43,934 nt of DNA from Hyphochytrium catenoides (taxonomy: Eukaryota; Protista; Hyphochytriomycota): positions 1-43,934 of the forward strand of contig FLMG01003765.1 of NCBI GenBank assembly GCA_900088475.1, written 5' to 3'. Shown here piece after piece: positions 11,091-23,088 of the stretch. The notes under the pieces were generated by a model that worked only from the letters and a program-made list of their open reading frames with translations, did not search any database and was not told where the DNA came from. The position numbers and the translations under genes are program-made. Within the stretch, counting starts at the first letter, position 1. The number at the start of each line of letters is the position of its first letter.

Positions 11091-13914
11091 ATGATTTCTA
11101 AGCGGTCGGGCGGGAAGAGGTGCGAGGGCGACTGTCAGCATCATCTACACTACCATCATCACTTCCATAGAAACCATGAGATTGGAAGAGAAGAACTCAG
11201 ACGAAGACTTGCTTCGGCGGCGCCCGTCCCCGAACTCGTTAGGTCTGTCTGTTTGTCTCTCTCTCGCAGTCTTCCGTTCCCTCTCTCTTGCTTGCTCTTT
11301 CTCCCTTTCTCTCTCTTCCTGTCTGCCTTGGTCCGCCTTATCTATCTTCAATTCAAAGCTGTCGCCACTCTTCTAATAACTCTATATCTACTCTTTGACC
11401 GCCTTCCGCGCGCGCGCCTTGCTTCCTTACTGACTTGATTCCCTCTTTTACAGCTCGGACATCTCCCCTGAGGACATCAAGAGAATAGAAGCAGGACTCA
11501 TAGGCACAGAAGCGGCTCTTCAGCACGATGCAGCGCGGCGTATACGCGAGCTCCTCTCTTCGCACAGAGATGCGCTCATCCGCGAAGTTCTACATCATAA
11601 CTGGATCCCGCGGTTATTGGGTTGGCTGAAGCTTAATGACTTCCCTACATTGCAGGTTGAGTCTCTCTGGGCCCTGACAAACATCGCGGCGGCTGCCAGT
11701 GAGCACACTCCCGTGCTGATGAAGCACGGCATCGTGCCCATACTGATCAACCTGCTAGACTCACGCAACGAGGAGGTAAGGATGTCGGTCCAGTCTTAGG
11801 TTTCTTACTATGTGGCTGCCTTTTTAACGTCTTCCAGACGGTTCTTGCTTGATTTATCCCATCTCCTCGCGTTCTTTTTGTCTCTTCCTCTTCATTACCT
11901 TTGAGATTATTAGGGGCTCTTATTGCGGGTCCAGCTAATATCTTTATGTCCTGATCCACTTTGTCGCCCTCTTAATCTTTTCTCCCTCTCTCTCTCTCTC
12001 TCTCTCTCTAAAACTCTCTCTCTCTCTCTCTCTCCTTTTCCAACTTCCTCTCGCCCCCTCCTCCTTCCTTCTCTTTTTTCTCCTCTCTTTCTCTCTTTGT
12101 CCTTACTCGTAAAGGTGCTAGAACAGGCGATATGGGTCCTTGGCAACCTTGCGGGCGAGGGCTCGGCTACCCGCGACGCTATCCTAAACGCCTCTGTGCT
12201 CGTTCCCCTCGTAAACGTACTGAAAGAAAGAAAGAAGCTCTCTCTTCGCCGTATTGGCACATGGACGCTTAGCAATCTCTGTGACGGACAGCCTCGGCCG
12301 GTGTTTGACATCAATCTCGTCCTCCCTATTTTGGCGGAGCTGCTGAAGGAGACAGACACAGAGGTCCTTTCTCATGTCTGCTGGGCTCTCTCCCATCTCT
12401 GTGACGGTCCTAGCTCGCACATCCAGTACGTTGTGAACCAAGAAGTATGCTGGAAGCTCGTGGAGCTGTTGATGTACAAGTCTTGGCGCGTCACGAAGCC
12501 TGCTTTGAGGACAATTGGGAACATTGTTTGCGCGGAGGATGATCACGACTATACACAGCACATCATTGACTGTGGAGCTGTCCCCTGCCTGAGACAGCTG
12601 ATCAGCCATTCGAATAGGGAGATCCAGAAAGAGGCATGCTGGACGCTGTCTAACATTGCCGCGGGGACGGTGGACCAGATCCAGTGCGTTCTAGACTCCA
12701 ATAGCATACCGCAGCTTGTCCAGCTTGCCTCGGACCCTTCCTCAGACTCAGAGGTCAAGAGTGAGGCATGCTGGGTAGTGCTAAACGCTACTAGCTGCGG
12801 GTCTGATGCACAGATTGAATATCTGGTGCGGCAGGGCTGCATTGACGTGTTAGGCGACCTTTTATCTGAGAGCAGCATGGTGATGATGGCTCTTGAAGGG
12901 CTTGAGAGGATCTTGCAGGTAGGAGAGGAAGTAGGGAAGAGGCTGAACGGGGCCAATCCCTACGCTGCCCTGCTTGCCACCTCAAAAATCGAGGACCTAG
13001 AGAACCACAAGTCTGCAGCGGTAGCAAAGAGAGCGAGTAGGATCTGGAAGCAGCACTTCGTCACCTGCGCCATCTGTAGCCGTGCCTTCTCAAAGCATTC
13101 GCCTGAGACTTTCTTCTGTGAGGAGTGTAAGTGCCACGTCTGCAGAGGGTGCAACTGCACCGTCTTCCACCTGGAGTACCAGGAGAGCTTTTGGAAGGGA
13201 GAGAAGGAGAAAGAGGAGGTGATGAAGGTGGCAAAGCAGACAACGAAGAGGAACAAGAGGCAGAAGAAGAAGAAGAAACAGAAGCAAAAGCAGAAGAAGG
13301 CAGTGCAGAAGCAGGAGGGAGAGGGAGGACTGCATGAGAAAGGCTCCCCTGACAGTGGAGAAGACGACGAGGAGGATGAGGACAAGGAGGAAAGTAGTGA
13401 CGAAGACGTTGCTCCTTCTCGATCCCGAGCATCCTCAGCAGCGCTCACGGAGAAGGGGAGGAGCACTCCAGAGTCAAAAAAGATGGTGGGACAGGAGACG
13501 AGCCACGGTGGTGCTGTTCTTTCCTCTTCCCTATCTCCTCCTCTTGGGCAAATGACCAAAGGGAAGGCCGCAGCCGAAGCATCGCAGCCCGGACTCACCC
13601 TTTCTTCTAATGGTCTGCACGGATCCACGGCGGTGATGGGCACCAGTGCGTCTAAGGATAGTGGAGCAGGGGCACTCGGCAAGGCCAAGATTCGGGGCTC
13701 TTCATCTCTCGGTGGCTCTGCGACCCTGCAGGTGAGCGGTGGGAAGAAGAACAAGAATTCTCTTCCAGCTGCTTTCTCAGACTTCAAGATCGAGGATCCT
13801 TTTGATGCGAATGACGAGCTTGTCTCCTTCTTGGAGCAAACAGGATCCATCCTCGCTCTGGCTAGCAAGTTGGACGAGGAGGACTCACTGCTTATGCAAG
13901 GAGCCCGTCATTAA
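11091..13914 (+). CDS. Importin-alpha (karyopherin alpha)-like ARM-repeat protein with a C-terminal Cys/His zinc-finger-like motif and low-complexity tail, ~757 aa; join(11091..11242,11454..11775,12115..13914)
   Basis: ARM helix-3 motifs LWALTNIA, IWVLGNLAGEG, TWTLSNLC, CWALSHL, ALRTIGNIV, KEACWTLSNIAAG, EACWVVLNAT, followed by LEGLERILQVG. Intron phases (2, 0) give a continuous 2274-nt frame. Confidence 0.9.
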
Positions 13915-14770
13915 CAGACACGGACGAGGGGGAAGAAACCCACAGGGAGAGAGGTAGGGCTCGGCAAGGTGGAGAAGAACAAGAGGCGGCTTTGAGATGG
14001 AAAGAAAGGGAAGGGAAGGGCGATTCTTTATAATTTGTTATTTAGAGATATTACGCTCTGTGATAGATAAGCTAAGCCGAGGCTTAGCACGAGATTATTG
14101 ACGCGATAATGAAAAGTGAGCTATGAAGGGCTCTTAATGGTGCCTCTTGGCTGCTTCTCTGTCTCTGTGTCTCTCTCTCTCTCTCTCTCTCTCTCTGTCC
14201 CGCGACCGTACAAGGTATATTTTGTCTCTCCTTGAGCTCNNNNNNNNNNNNNNNNNNNNNNNNNNNNNNNNNNNNNNNNNNNNNNNNNNNNNNNNNNNNN
14301 NNNNNNNNNNNNNNNNNNNNNNNNNNNNNNNNNNNNNNNNNNNNNNNNNNNNNNNNNNNNNNNNNNNNNNNNNNNNNNNNNNNNNNNNNNNNNNNNNNNN
14401 NNNNNNNNNNNNNNNNNNNNNNNNNNNNNNNNNNNNNNNNNNNNNNNNNNNNNNNNNNNNNNNNNNNNNNNNNNNNNNNNNNNNNNNNNNNNNNNNNNNN
14501 NNNNNNNNNNNNNNNNNNNNNNNNNNNNNNNNNNNNNNNNNNNNNNNNNTCGGGTTTACCGAAGAGTTACGAGCTTGCTGTGCTGCTCGCCTAGCAACTA
14601 TCTTGTCCGCCTCTCTCCAATGACCGGTAGCCGTAGTCACCGCCGTAGAGGAGGTCTCTTCTCTGCCTTGAGCTCACCCAGCAGCTAATGCTGTGCCTAT
14701 CTATCTCCTCCTCAAACCTACGGTCTTTCTCTCTGCCGATGTGGCCCCATTGGCTCAGGAGCTCCTAGTC

Positions 14771-15642
14771 TCAAGGGTAGAGCTGCCCACAGTCCTCTAT
14801 GTACACTTCCTCCTGCGGCTTCCCACTCTCTGAGCCAAGTGCCTCCAGTGTCCTCAAGACCTTCATGCCTTCAGCTCCCATTATATAGCCGAAGACAACG
14901 TGCCTCTCATCCAGCCACTTCGTCTCTGAGCCATTGGAGGAGAAACAGAGAGACCACGGAGGAGCGCAAGAAAGGAAGAATGAGGAAGGTTACTCTGGAG
15001 GCAGGTCAGGAAAGTGAAGCAAGGGAAACGATAAGCTTTGAAGCACTCTAAAGCTTGAGAAGGAAAGGTAGCTCGCAGGGAACAGGAAGAGTAAGAGAAG
15101 CAGATGTAGCAGACACTGGCTGGTTGAAGAGAGAGGAAGAGAGACCGAAACAGTTGCTCACGCCCCTCTGGCGGGGGGAGTAGACCAAGAGTGGGGCATA
15201 CTTCCTTCTCAAGATAGATATACAACGAGAGGGATGAGGAAAGAGAGAGAGAAAGGGAGAGAAAGAGAGAGAAAGAGAGAGAGAAGAGAGAGAGAGAGGA
15301 TAGAGAGAGGGAGAAGAGAGAGCGAAAGAGGGAGAGAGAGAGAGAGAAAGAGAGAGAGAAGAGAGAGAGAAAGAGAAAGAGAGGAGAGAGAGAAAGGGAG
15401 AGAGAAAGGCAGAGAGAGATAAGATAGACAAGGAGCTAGAAGACAGACATCTTTCCTACCCACGAAGGAGATGTAGAATCTGCTGGTGTTGCTATCTGGC
15501 CCGGTATTGACCATGCTGAGCACGCCTGGGCCCGTGTGACGCAGGATAAAGTTCTCGTCCTTGAATTCTACCATCGAGTCATAGATGCTCTCACCGCCCG
15601 TCCCATCGTTGTTCTGGAATAATTCGCGGATGGAGAGAGATG

Positions 15643-15691
<49 letters not shown>

Positions 15692-16569
15692 AGCACAGGC
15701 ATGCACGGCTGTCGGGAAGGGATAGAATAGGAGCGGGAACGAGTGGCTATGCTAGAGAGAGCTGAAGAGAGAACTGAGAGACAGAGGGATGGGGAGCAGA
15801 CGCATATCAAAGAAGCCATGTTAGAGAGCTGATCACTGCCATTCGCAATGCAAAATGGAGAGGAGACTGCAAAACGTGGAAGAGAGACACAGAAGGGGAA
15901 GAGAGAGAGAAAGAAAGAGAGAAAGGGAGAGAGAAAGAGAGAGAAAGAGAAAGAGAGAGAGAGAAAGAGAGAGGACAGGATGGTACCACAAAGTCCCCGC
16001 TCTGACAGTTATAGTCCTTGGTAATGCGAGTGAAGTTGCTGCACATCCATCGACCAAGAAGGGAAGAGAAGAAGGGAGGCAATGGATGACAGAGCAACAC
16101 AAAGAGATGAAGAGATGAGAAGAGTGAAGGCTCATACTTAGCCTCTGCTAAGATGCAGACCGGACCAGAGAGTTACAGAGAGAGACAGAAAGAGAAAGAG
16201 AGGAGGAATAGAGAGAGGGGGAGAGAGAGAGAGAGCGAAGAGAGTTTGGCAAGCGAGAGAGCAACTGGAAGGAGGTGTGAGCTAAGGGATGGCAAGCGTA
16301 TCCATGGACATAAGATAGCGAGATGACGGGGGTCACGCCTACCAGCCTCGATAGCAGCGAAGCTTGCCCGACCGATCTGACACTCCAAGCTCCCCGGTAC
16401 ACAGAGCGCGGAAGTTGTTGCACGTCTTCGGGCAGACATCCGATCGCAGCTCAATGGTGAGGCGGCCCAACTTCCTGCTGGAGGCACTGAGATCCAGGAA
16501 GACGATCGGGTTGAGCTTCCTGTCCCCAAGCACAGGCGGGCCTGGCGTGTCCAGACTCGAGCCCACCAT
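14771..16569 (-). CDS. Cyclophilin-type peptidyl-prolyl isomerase with a divergent active site, 195 aa; exons 16569-16343, 16038-15987, 15613-15460, 14925-14771
   Basis: [28 protein letters not shown]; [15 protein letters not shown]; [27 protein letters not shown]; [10 protein letters not shown]; IEDCGQL. The spliced frame is 588 nt. Confidence 0.92.
15230..15420. repeat. Imperfect (GA)n microsatellite in a cyclophilin intron; representative of many GA/CT tracts (e.g. 2483-2506, 4888-4915, 6110-6140, 7436-7463, 8530-8740, 10545-10615, 11985-12032, 15650-15689, 25650-25689, 39727-39757)
   Basis: Dinucleotide runs are directly visible. The N-gaps at 8685 and 10591 sit inside them. Confidence 0.95.
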
Positions 16570-17052
16570 AGCTCCTGACTAATCTTAAGCCTCACAAATC
16601 ATCCAGACGGTCTCCGGCAAGCTCTTCCCAGCTCAGCTCTTGAAGACAGAGCTTCCTAACTGTCTCCCCAGGAGCGGGGCGGTGCGGCTCAAAGGCAATA
16701 AGAACAGCCGAAGAAAAACCTTGAATAACTGACGGCGTTTCGGTCCTAGAGAACCCGCTAACGGCCAGATCTCGGGTCCTGATTAGGGAATGGACGAGCA
16801 GGCCAGACACAGAGCTGGAGGATCTGTCTATGAGCACGAAAGAGGAGCGATGGAGCTGCTTAGGAGGGTTACGGGCGGGTAGAAGCAGAGTTTGGGCCGG
16901 ATCCCTTTGTAGGAACACCCTTGGAGTGCTAAGGATAGGACAGATTGTCACAAGGGCGATTGCGTGAACGAACAGCGTTTATTATGGTTTGCGGAACAGT
17001 CTCACACTCATCATCACTGAAGTGTGCCTTAAGTTAAGGGCTAAGAGGGGGC

Positions 17053-18275
17053 TTAAGAGCGGCCCTTGTTGACGCGGAGGCTCCTCTCCTCCAGGATGGA
17101 GAGCTTGATACCCTTGCCGCGAGGCAGTGACACCCAAGGCTTGTTTTCCTTACCGATAACGAACACATTTCCAAGACGGGTAGCAAAAGAGTGACCTGCT
17201 GCGTCCTTGATGTGTGCAATATCGAAAGAACCCTGATGCCTGAAGGATAGAGTAAGAAGTTGGCGTTAGGGCTGAGGTTCCGATAAAGTGTCACAAACAT
17301 AACAAAGGGTATACATCTAGAAGGACAAAGAGGTAGGCCGACGTCTATACGCATACACATAGGCTCAATGCTAGTAGACTGCTGATGCCTCACGGTGTAC
17401 CGATGACAACCAACCACACCCAGCTCAACAGGGAGTCCGAGGGTGCGTCCCTACCTCTCAACGTGTCCAAGGATACCAACACGACCCGTGTTGCGTCCAC
17501 GAGTGATCATCACCAGATTGCCAGCCTCGAACTTGATGAAATCAACAATCTTGCCGGTCTCAAGGTCGATCTTGACGGTGTCGTTGACCTTGATAAGAGG
17601 ATCAGGGTACCGGATGGTGCGGCCATCGTGGGTGGCAACATAAGGAACGCCCTTCTTGGTCAGCTCCTGCTTGTTGACGCGAGCCAGCTTGTACTTGGCC
17701 TCCTCATCAGAGATGCGGTGGAGAACAAAGCGGCCCTTGGTGTCGTAAAGAAGGCGGAAGGTATCCTCGGTCTTCTCAATAGACACAACGTCCTGGAACC
17801 CAGCAGGGAAGTTCAAGTCGGTGCGGACCTTGCCGTCCACAGAGACGAGCTTCTCCATGCAGATCATGTTAACCTCGTTCTTGGTCAAGGCATACTTGAG
17901 CCTATTGCGGAGGATAAGGATGAGTGGCAGGCACTCGCGAAGCTTGTGTGGTCCTGGGCTGGGGCGTGGGGCGTAAATGCCGTCCAGCTTGCCCAGCATC
18001 CAGTGCTTGGGTGCGCTCAAGCGCTTAAGATGCTTCTTTGGTCCGCGGCCCTATAACGTAACATATAACCGTGAGAAGATTGTGCAGAGATCAAGAGACA
18101 TCGACCCAAGATAAATATCGCGGACGTCATGCCAGATGAACGACAAGCTGTGAGGTAATAACATAAGCAATAACCATGCGATCAAAGAACGACAGCACAC
18201 ATACAAACTGCTCAACAGACTCGAGCTCATTGTAGCCCATCGAGAAGACAATACAGCTTTATCCAAGCTTACCAT
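17053..18275 (-). CDS. RPS4: 40S ribosomal protein S4 (eS4), 261 aa; exons 18275-18273 (ATG only), 18050-17455, 17239-17053
   Basis: [70 protein letters not shown]. Introns are canonical. Confidence 0.98.
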
Positions 18276-19187
18276 GTTGCTATTGTTCGTTCAGGAGCTT
18301 CAGTCTCCAACTGTTCCGGATGATGAGTGAGAGAAATGAAGACGCGATGACGGGGAGCTGAGGCCTGAGCGGCATCCGATTGCGTGGTCGGCGGCGCTCC
18401 CTCCTCCCTACCAATCAAGTAGTGCAGGGACCAACCAGGCAAGAGTCTCCCAAATACGACCTATTATGAGAAACAATATGCTAGGAAAATGTCTCCCATT
18501 ACTGGGAAGCTTATAAAAGTAAAGGTGAAATACCTCCCACCCGCCCATGGTATTATAATATAGTCGCCCATTTGGATCAACTTCCTTCCCATCCCGGATC
18601 TTATTCGGAATAGGAAATGTCAAGGAGTTGGTAATTCTTGGAAGGAGAGTTGCTTATCAATTATATACTTAGGCTGTACGCTTCCCCAAAGAGTGGTACG
18701 GGCCGTACTACAACTACAATACCTCGTCCAACAAGCTTCAATGCCTATGAAGCCCAAGTAGAAAACATAGACAGTTTAATGATGATGATGACTGGGAAGA
18801 CGGAAGAAATGTGAGCTCATCACCGCAGTCAACACCACGCTCATTTCTTATCAGTTAGTTGAAGACTGATAGTGAAAAGTAGGCACTTGGCGGCAGCGAT
18901 GGGTCGCTGGGGGAGATGGCATGACATAATGTAATTGAGGAGGGGAGAGGCATTAAATAGCGCTGCAGCCACCGGGGTTCTTCCTTATTGAGATTGAATG
19001 GGTAGGATTATCTAGTCCAGAATAAGCTTTTGTCGACTCTGTACTAGGCTACGGCGTATCTGTGCTTCTTACGGGCATACATATTGCAATAATGTAGAGC
19101 CATCACAAAGACCTTGTAAGATGTGGTAAGAGGCCGCCTGGGATTATTAGGATCATTCGTTTATTTGTTCAGTGCTCTGAGTTATTG

Positions 19188-20561
19188 TCACGATGGTCCC
19201 TCTTCAAGCAGTGCTTGGAAGCGCTGAGTCTGGTCCAACATAATCCTCTCCAGTGTGTCCTGACAAGAAGAGAGGTGAGGCACGCGCACATTATCACACA
19301 AGGACTGAGTATAGAACCCACCTTAAGTTTGTTATCCATGGAGTGCAGGCTAATGGAGTCTCTTAGCAGAGCAGCATCAATTTTGTGCTTATTTAGCACC
19401 TGAAGTGATATCTCGTTTGTCCTGTCCATATATCTGGGGATACAAGGGGCGAGGTCAATTGAAAACAGTTTGGTGACCCGAAAGACGGCAAAGAACAGCT
19501 CCTTCTTTACCTCTGAATGATGTCGTTATACAGGCTCTGGTCGCTTAATCCTGCAGCCTTGGCCTGAACGATCAGCTCGCTCATCGCCGCTTGCATGAGG
19601 TCGTTCTGCTCAAGCAGGATCTCGATGAGCTTCTCTACAGGAATCACGTTCTGAAGGTTGTCCTTCTTAATCTAAGTGCAGTTGTTAGCGCATCAATGAT
19701 GAGAATGACCAAATCATGACTACTTCTTACCAGAGGCTCTCGTTCTCCAGTAGCAAGCCACCTCAGACGCTCCATACGACTGATTTGAAGCTGAAACTTC
19801 TCAGCCTGCTCGACTGATAGGCCTCCATCCTCACCATTCCCTCCTGGCAGCTGATTTCTGCTCAGGTCATCAAAGGCCTGGTGCACTTCCTCTTCTGTAA
19901 CATAATTGTTGCGGTAGACGGCATCCCGGACTCGCTCCAACAGGTCCTCAAACTTTCGAGTCATCTCAATCCGTCTTTCATCTGCAGTTTTCGGCTTCTT
20001 GTTCGCTTTCTTCTCCTTAGGTGAGAGAGTAAGGAATAAGCATCCACAGCTCCTGCCTCACAAAAAGGATTCTCTTACCTGCTCTAACTCATCCGCGAAG
20101 TCGGCCAACAGCTTATCTACAAGGTATTCCAAGTTCGTGTTGACGTTATCCGACAAATACAGCAGAAAGTCGACGTTAATCTTGGAGGATGGTCTATGGA
20201 CAGGCGCCTCCTCTCCATCTTCACTGTCTGGTTTAACCTTCTTTGTCTCCGCATTAGGTTCATCCTCGCCGACCTCATTGTAATTCGAGTAAATCGCAGC
20301 TGCCGCAGCTATCAGACCCACAGCTCCGGCTGGCGCAGCTAGATTGCGAGAGTTGGCGAAGAGTTTGCTTATGGGTGAGGTGCTACTGCCAGTCGACGAG
20401 AATCGCCGCTGCGGTACTCGTCGCCGCATGCCCAGCTGTTCGGGCCGAATCGAGTATCTTCTGGACATCAGAATATCAAAGGAGTTCCTAGATACTGCTC
20501 GACCACGTGGACCTTGGAACATAGGTCGGGTGACGCGCAAGATAGGCCTCAAGCCTCCCAT
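19188..20561 (-). CDS. Uncharacterised five-exon protein, probably mitochondrion-targeted and single-pass
   Basis: The Arg/Ser-rich, acid-poor N-terminus (..RRYS..RRFSST) is followed by the hydrophobic segment APAGAVGLIAAAAAIY. Four short GT-AG introns join in frame to the TGA at 19188-19190. Confidence 0.7.
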
Positions 20562-21435
20562 GGTTGTCCCATAGGGTGATCACACCACTTCAGAGTTCTA
20601 TCACAGTGCTCTCGTCCCCGTCCTCGTTCCCTCTTGCCCTACGCAACAAGCTCCATCGTTGGAACTTCAGCCTTCGAGCAAACCTTTGCGCTGTGGACGC
20701 TGACGAGGTTTAGACTCTTCTGAGAAAGCAGCACTAGGCGGTCCTAAGGGGCGACACCCTGTCTCTGCTCTGCCTCGTGGCGCAACAACCGCCTACCGCC
20801 GCCGCCTGGCTTCCGATGATGCAGCACACAACCAGCTGCCATCAAGAACTCACACACCTTCCCTTCATCTCTCTTGCTGTCTTTGTCCCCTCCCCTTTCT
20901 CTGTTCCGGACTTGCCACTCTGTCTCGCTTGCTGTTCCGTCTCTTGGCTGCCAGGTCCCCCAGAGAGATTCCAACCTCCCACAACCCGCAAACCTTCGAA
21001 CAACCAACACACAAAACCCTTTAGACTGATTACCAGTCACAGATTATCATGAGCCTCACCCTGACCGTCTAGCTCCGAGGGGCGTTCTGAACTGTCCACA
21101 CTGAAGTTGAAGAATCTCTGCCGGACCTTCGACCACCGGCCACGGCGCTTCGAGCTCGAGCTCCAGCGCTCCAGCGCTTGGGTCTGAGCTTAGTTTGGCT
21201 GGTCTCGGCCAATAGACAGCGGCTAGACACGCATGTTCTCTGTCAACGTCCCGGTTCTTGCCTGTCAACGTCTCGCTTGTTCCTATATATTTTGCCAGCA
21301 GTGGTGTCTTTTATGTAGCCTTTGCGGGGAGTGGACATCTGGTGCCGTTGGAGCTGGTCGTGTGGCTGTACACAGAAAGTGGCACTGTGTCTGATGTCTC
21401 TGGCCACTTGCCTTTCAAATCCTCCGCGCAAGCGC

Positions 21436-23088
21436 ATGAAAACAATGAAGTCGAAGGCTGCCTTACTTCTCCCGGTGTTGCTTCTGATAGCACTCTGCGG
21501 AGGAGCTACGGGGAAGTCAAGCAAGTCGAAGACTGAGTCCTCTCACTGGGGCCGATTGTATTTGGAAAGAGGGTTAGATAGCATTCAGTATTTCCGTGCA
21601 AAGTTTGGCGGACAGCCTGCAGTGGGCCAGTTTCCCCTAGAGATTGCAGAGCCAAGCAACGGTTGTATCCCTTACCCTAGCTATGTCATTGACCGCATCC
21701 GTAAAGAGCGCTCGATCATGCTCGTCCGCCGGGGTAAGTGGTGGCGCTATGGAGTTCATGACCAACCCTGCTTTAATTGTCACTTCACTGTGCAAACATA
21801 GGCTTATGTTCGTTCGTCGAAAAAGCTCGTCATGCTCAGAATGCAGGCGCGTCCGCGGTGATCATGATCAACGATGACGAGAGTGTGCAGCGTCTCCCTG
21901 GGATCCAGCATGGCGACATCACCATTGCATTTGTTGTCGTGAGAAAAAGCGCTGGTGAGTCCGGGTCTTACCTAACTGCCAGTTAGAAGTTTGACAGCCC
22001 ATATCGGTAGCTAAAGAGTGTCCTTTGTTTGTTTATCAACCTGGAATATGATCAGGTGATCTCCTAGAAGCTGCAATTAGCCGCAGTGCGACAAAGGGGA
22101 GACTAGTGGCCATGCAGTGTCTTCCAAAGAGCCCCTGCCAACCTATGGCAGAAGAAGACCAGAGGGCAATCTCCTCACAGATAGTTACCGGTGGAGAGCT
22201 TCACGCTGTGCGATATAATCAGAAGATGCAGAAAGAGATCGAATCCATGGAGTTTCTTACGGTTAGCAAAAGCATCCAGAATGCCAGCACCTCCTTTGCA
22301 TATCGTGTGTACCCACAACCTCCTCCACTCTCTCCATTCTGCGGCATTGCTCTTCGCCTCTGCCTCCCCTGCCCTTCTATTCTCTTGCCTGCAGGCGGAG
22401 TTTGGAGGTCCCTTGGCGTTTGACGCGGTAACTGCGGTCCGGTCGGAACCATCTGATGGCTGTTCGCCTATCAATAACAAAGAGGATCTGAGCAACGCCG
22501 CGCTGATCATTGAGAGAGGGGGTTGCAGCTTCCTTACCAAGGTACTTGGCTATAATGTTGCTCAGCGCGGCTGGTACCCAGGGACATTTTCAACCTCCGT
22601 CATGTCAGCAAACAATCACTTGCGCTTTCTTTACGGGTCAACAACCTGAAAGGCCCCTGTCTAACCATTGATTGCAGGTGTCCAATGCTCAAAGTTCTGG
22701 AGCAGTATTGGCGATTGTCACCGACAATGGACAGGGCATTGCGCGCATGGAGACTACGCACAAGTACGAAGCTTATAACATTAGCATTCCTTCAATTATG
22801 GTCAGCGAGTCAGGCGGCAAGACATTGCTGCAGCAACGGAGGACACAAGTCCATTTTGCCTCCATAGATGGGCGGGTGTATGACCTGTGGAAAACCATTC
22901 AGTTCATGCCTGAGAACATTCCGAAGAAGAAGAAAGCGCAGCAAAAGTTCTTGGCCAACCTCTTCGAGCTCCATATGGAGAATCCTGATCGAGTGAAAGC
23001 GCTTAAAGACTCTTTCTTACACAGCGGTGGCCATGAAGATATACTTCGAGATGTGCTAGTACGACAGATGGGCAAAGAGGAGCTCTGA
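21436..23088 (+). CDS. Signal-peptide protein with two PA (protease-associated) domains and a C-terminal KEEL, 404 aa; join(21436..21733,21802..21954,22056..22261,22395..22541,22678..23088)
   Basis: Signal AALLLPVLLLIALCGG. PA1 is AKFGG..EPSNGC..LVRRGLCSFVEKARHAQNAGASAVIMIN. PA2 is AEFGG..EPSDGCSP..IIERGGCSFLTKVSNAQSSGAVLAIVTDN..IPSIMVS. The protein ends GKEEL*. Confidence 0.88.

Noticed and set aside
12184-13868. Long antisense ORFs opposite the importin gene (also 17385..18056 opposite RPS4 and 24018..25123 opposite the coiled-coil gene)
   Set aside because: Shadow frames of real coding sequence with no motifs of their own.
14134-14640. ORFs spanning the 310-nt N run
   Set aside because: Artefacts of an assembly gap; the content cannot be assessed.
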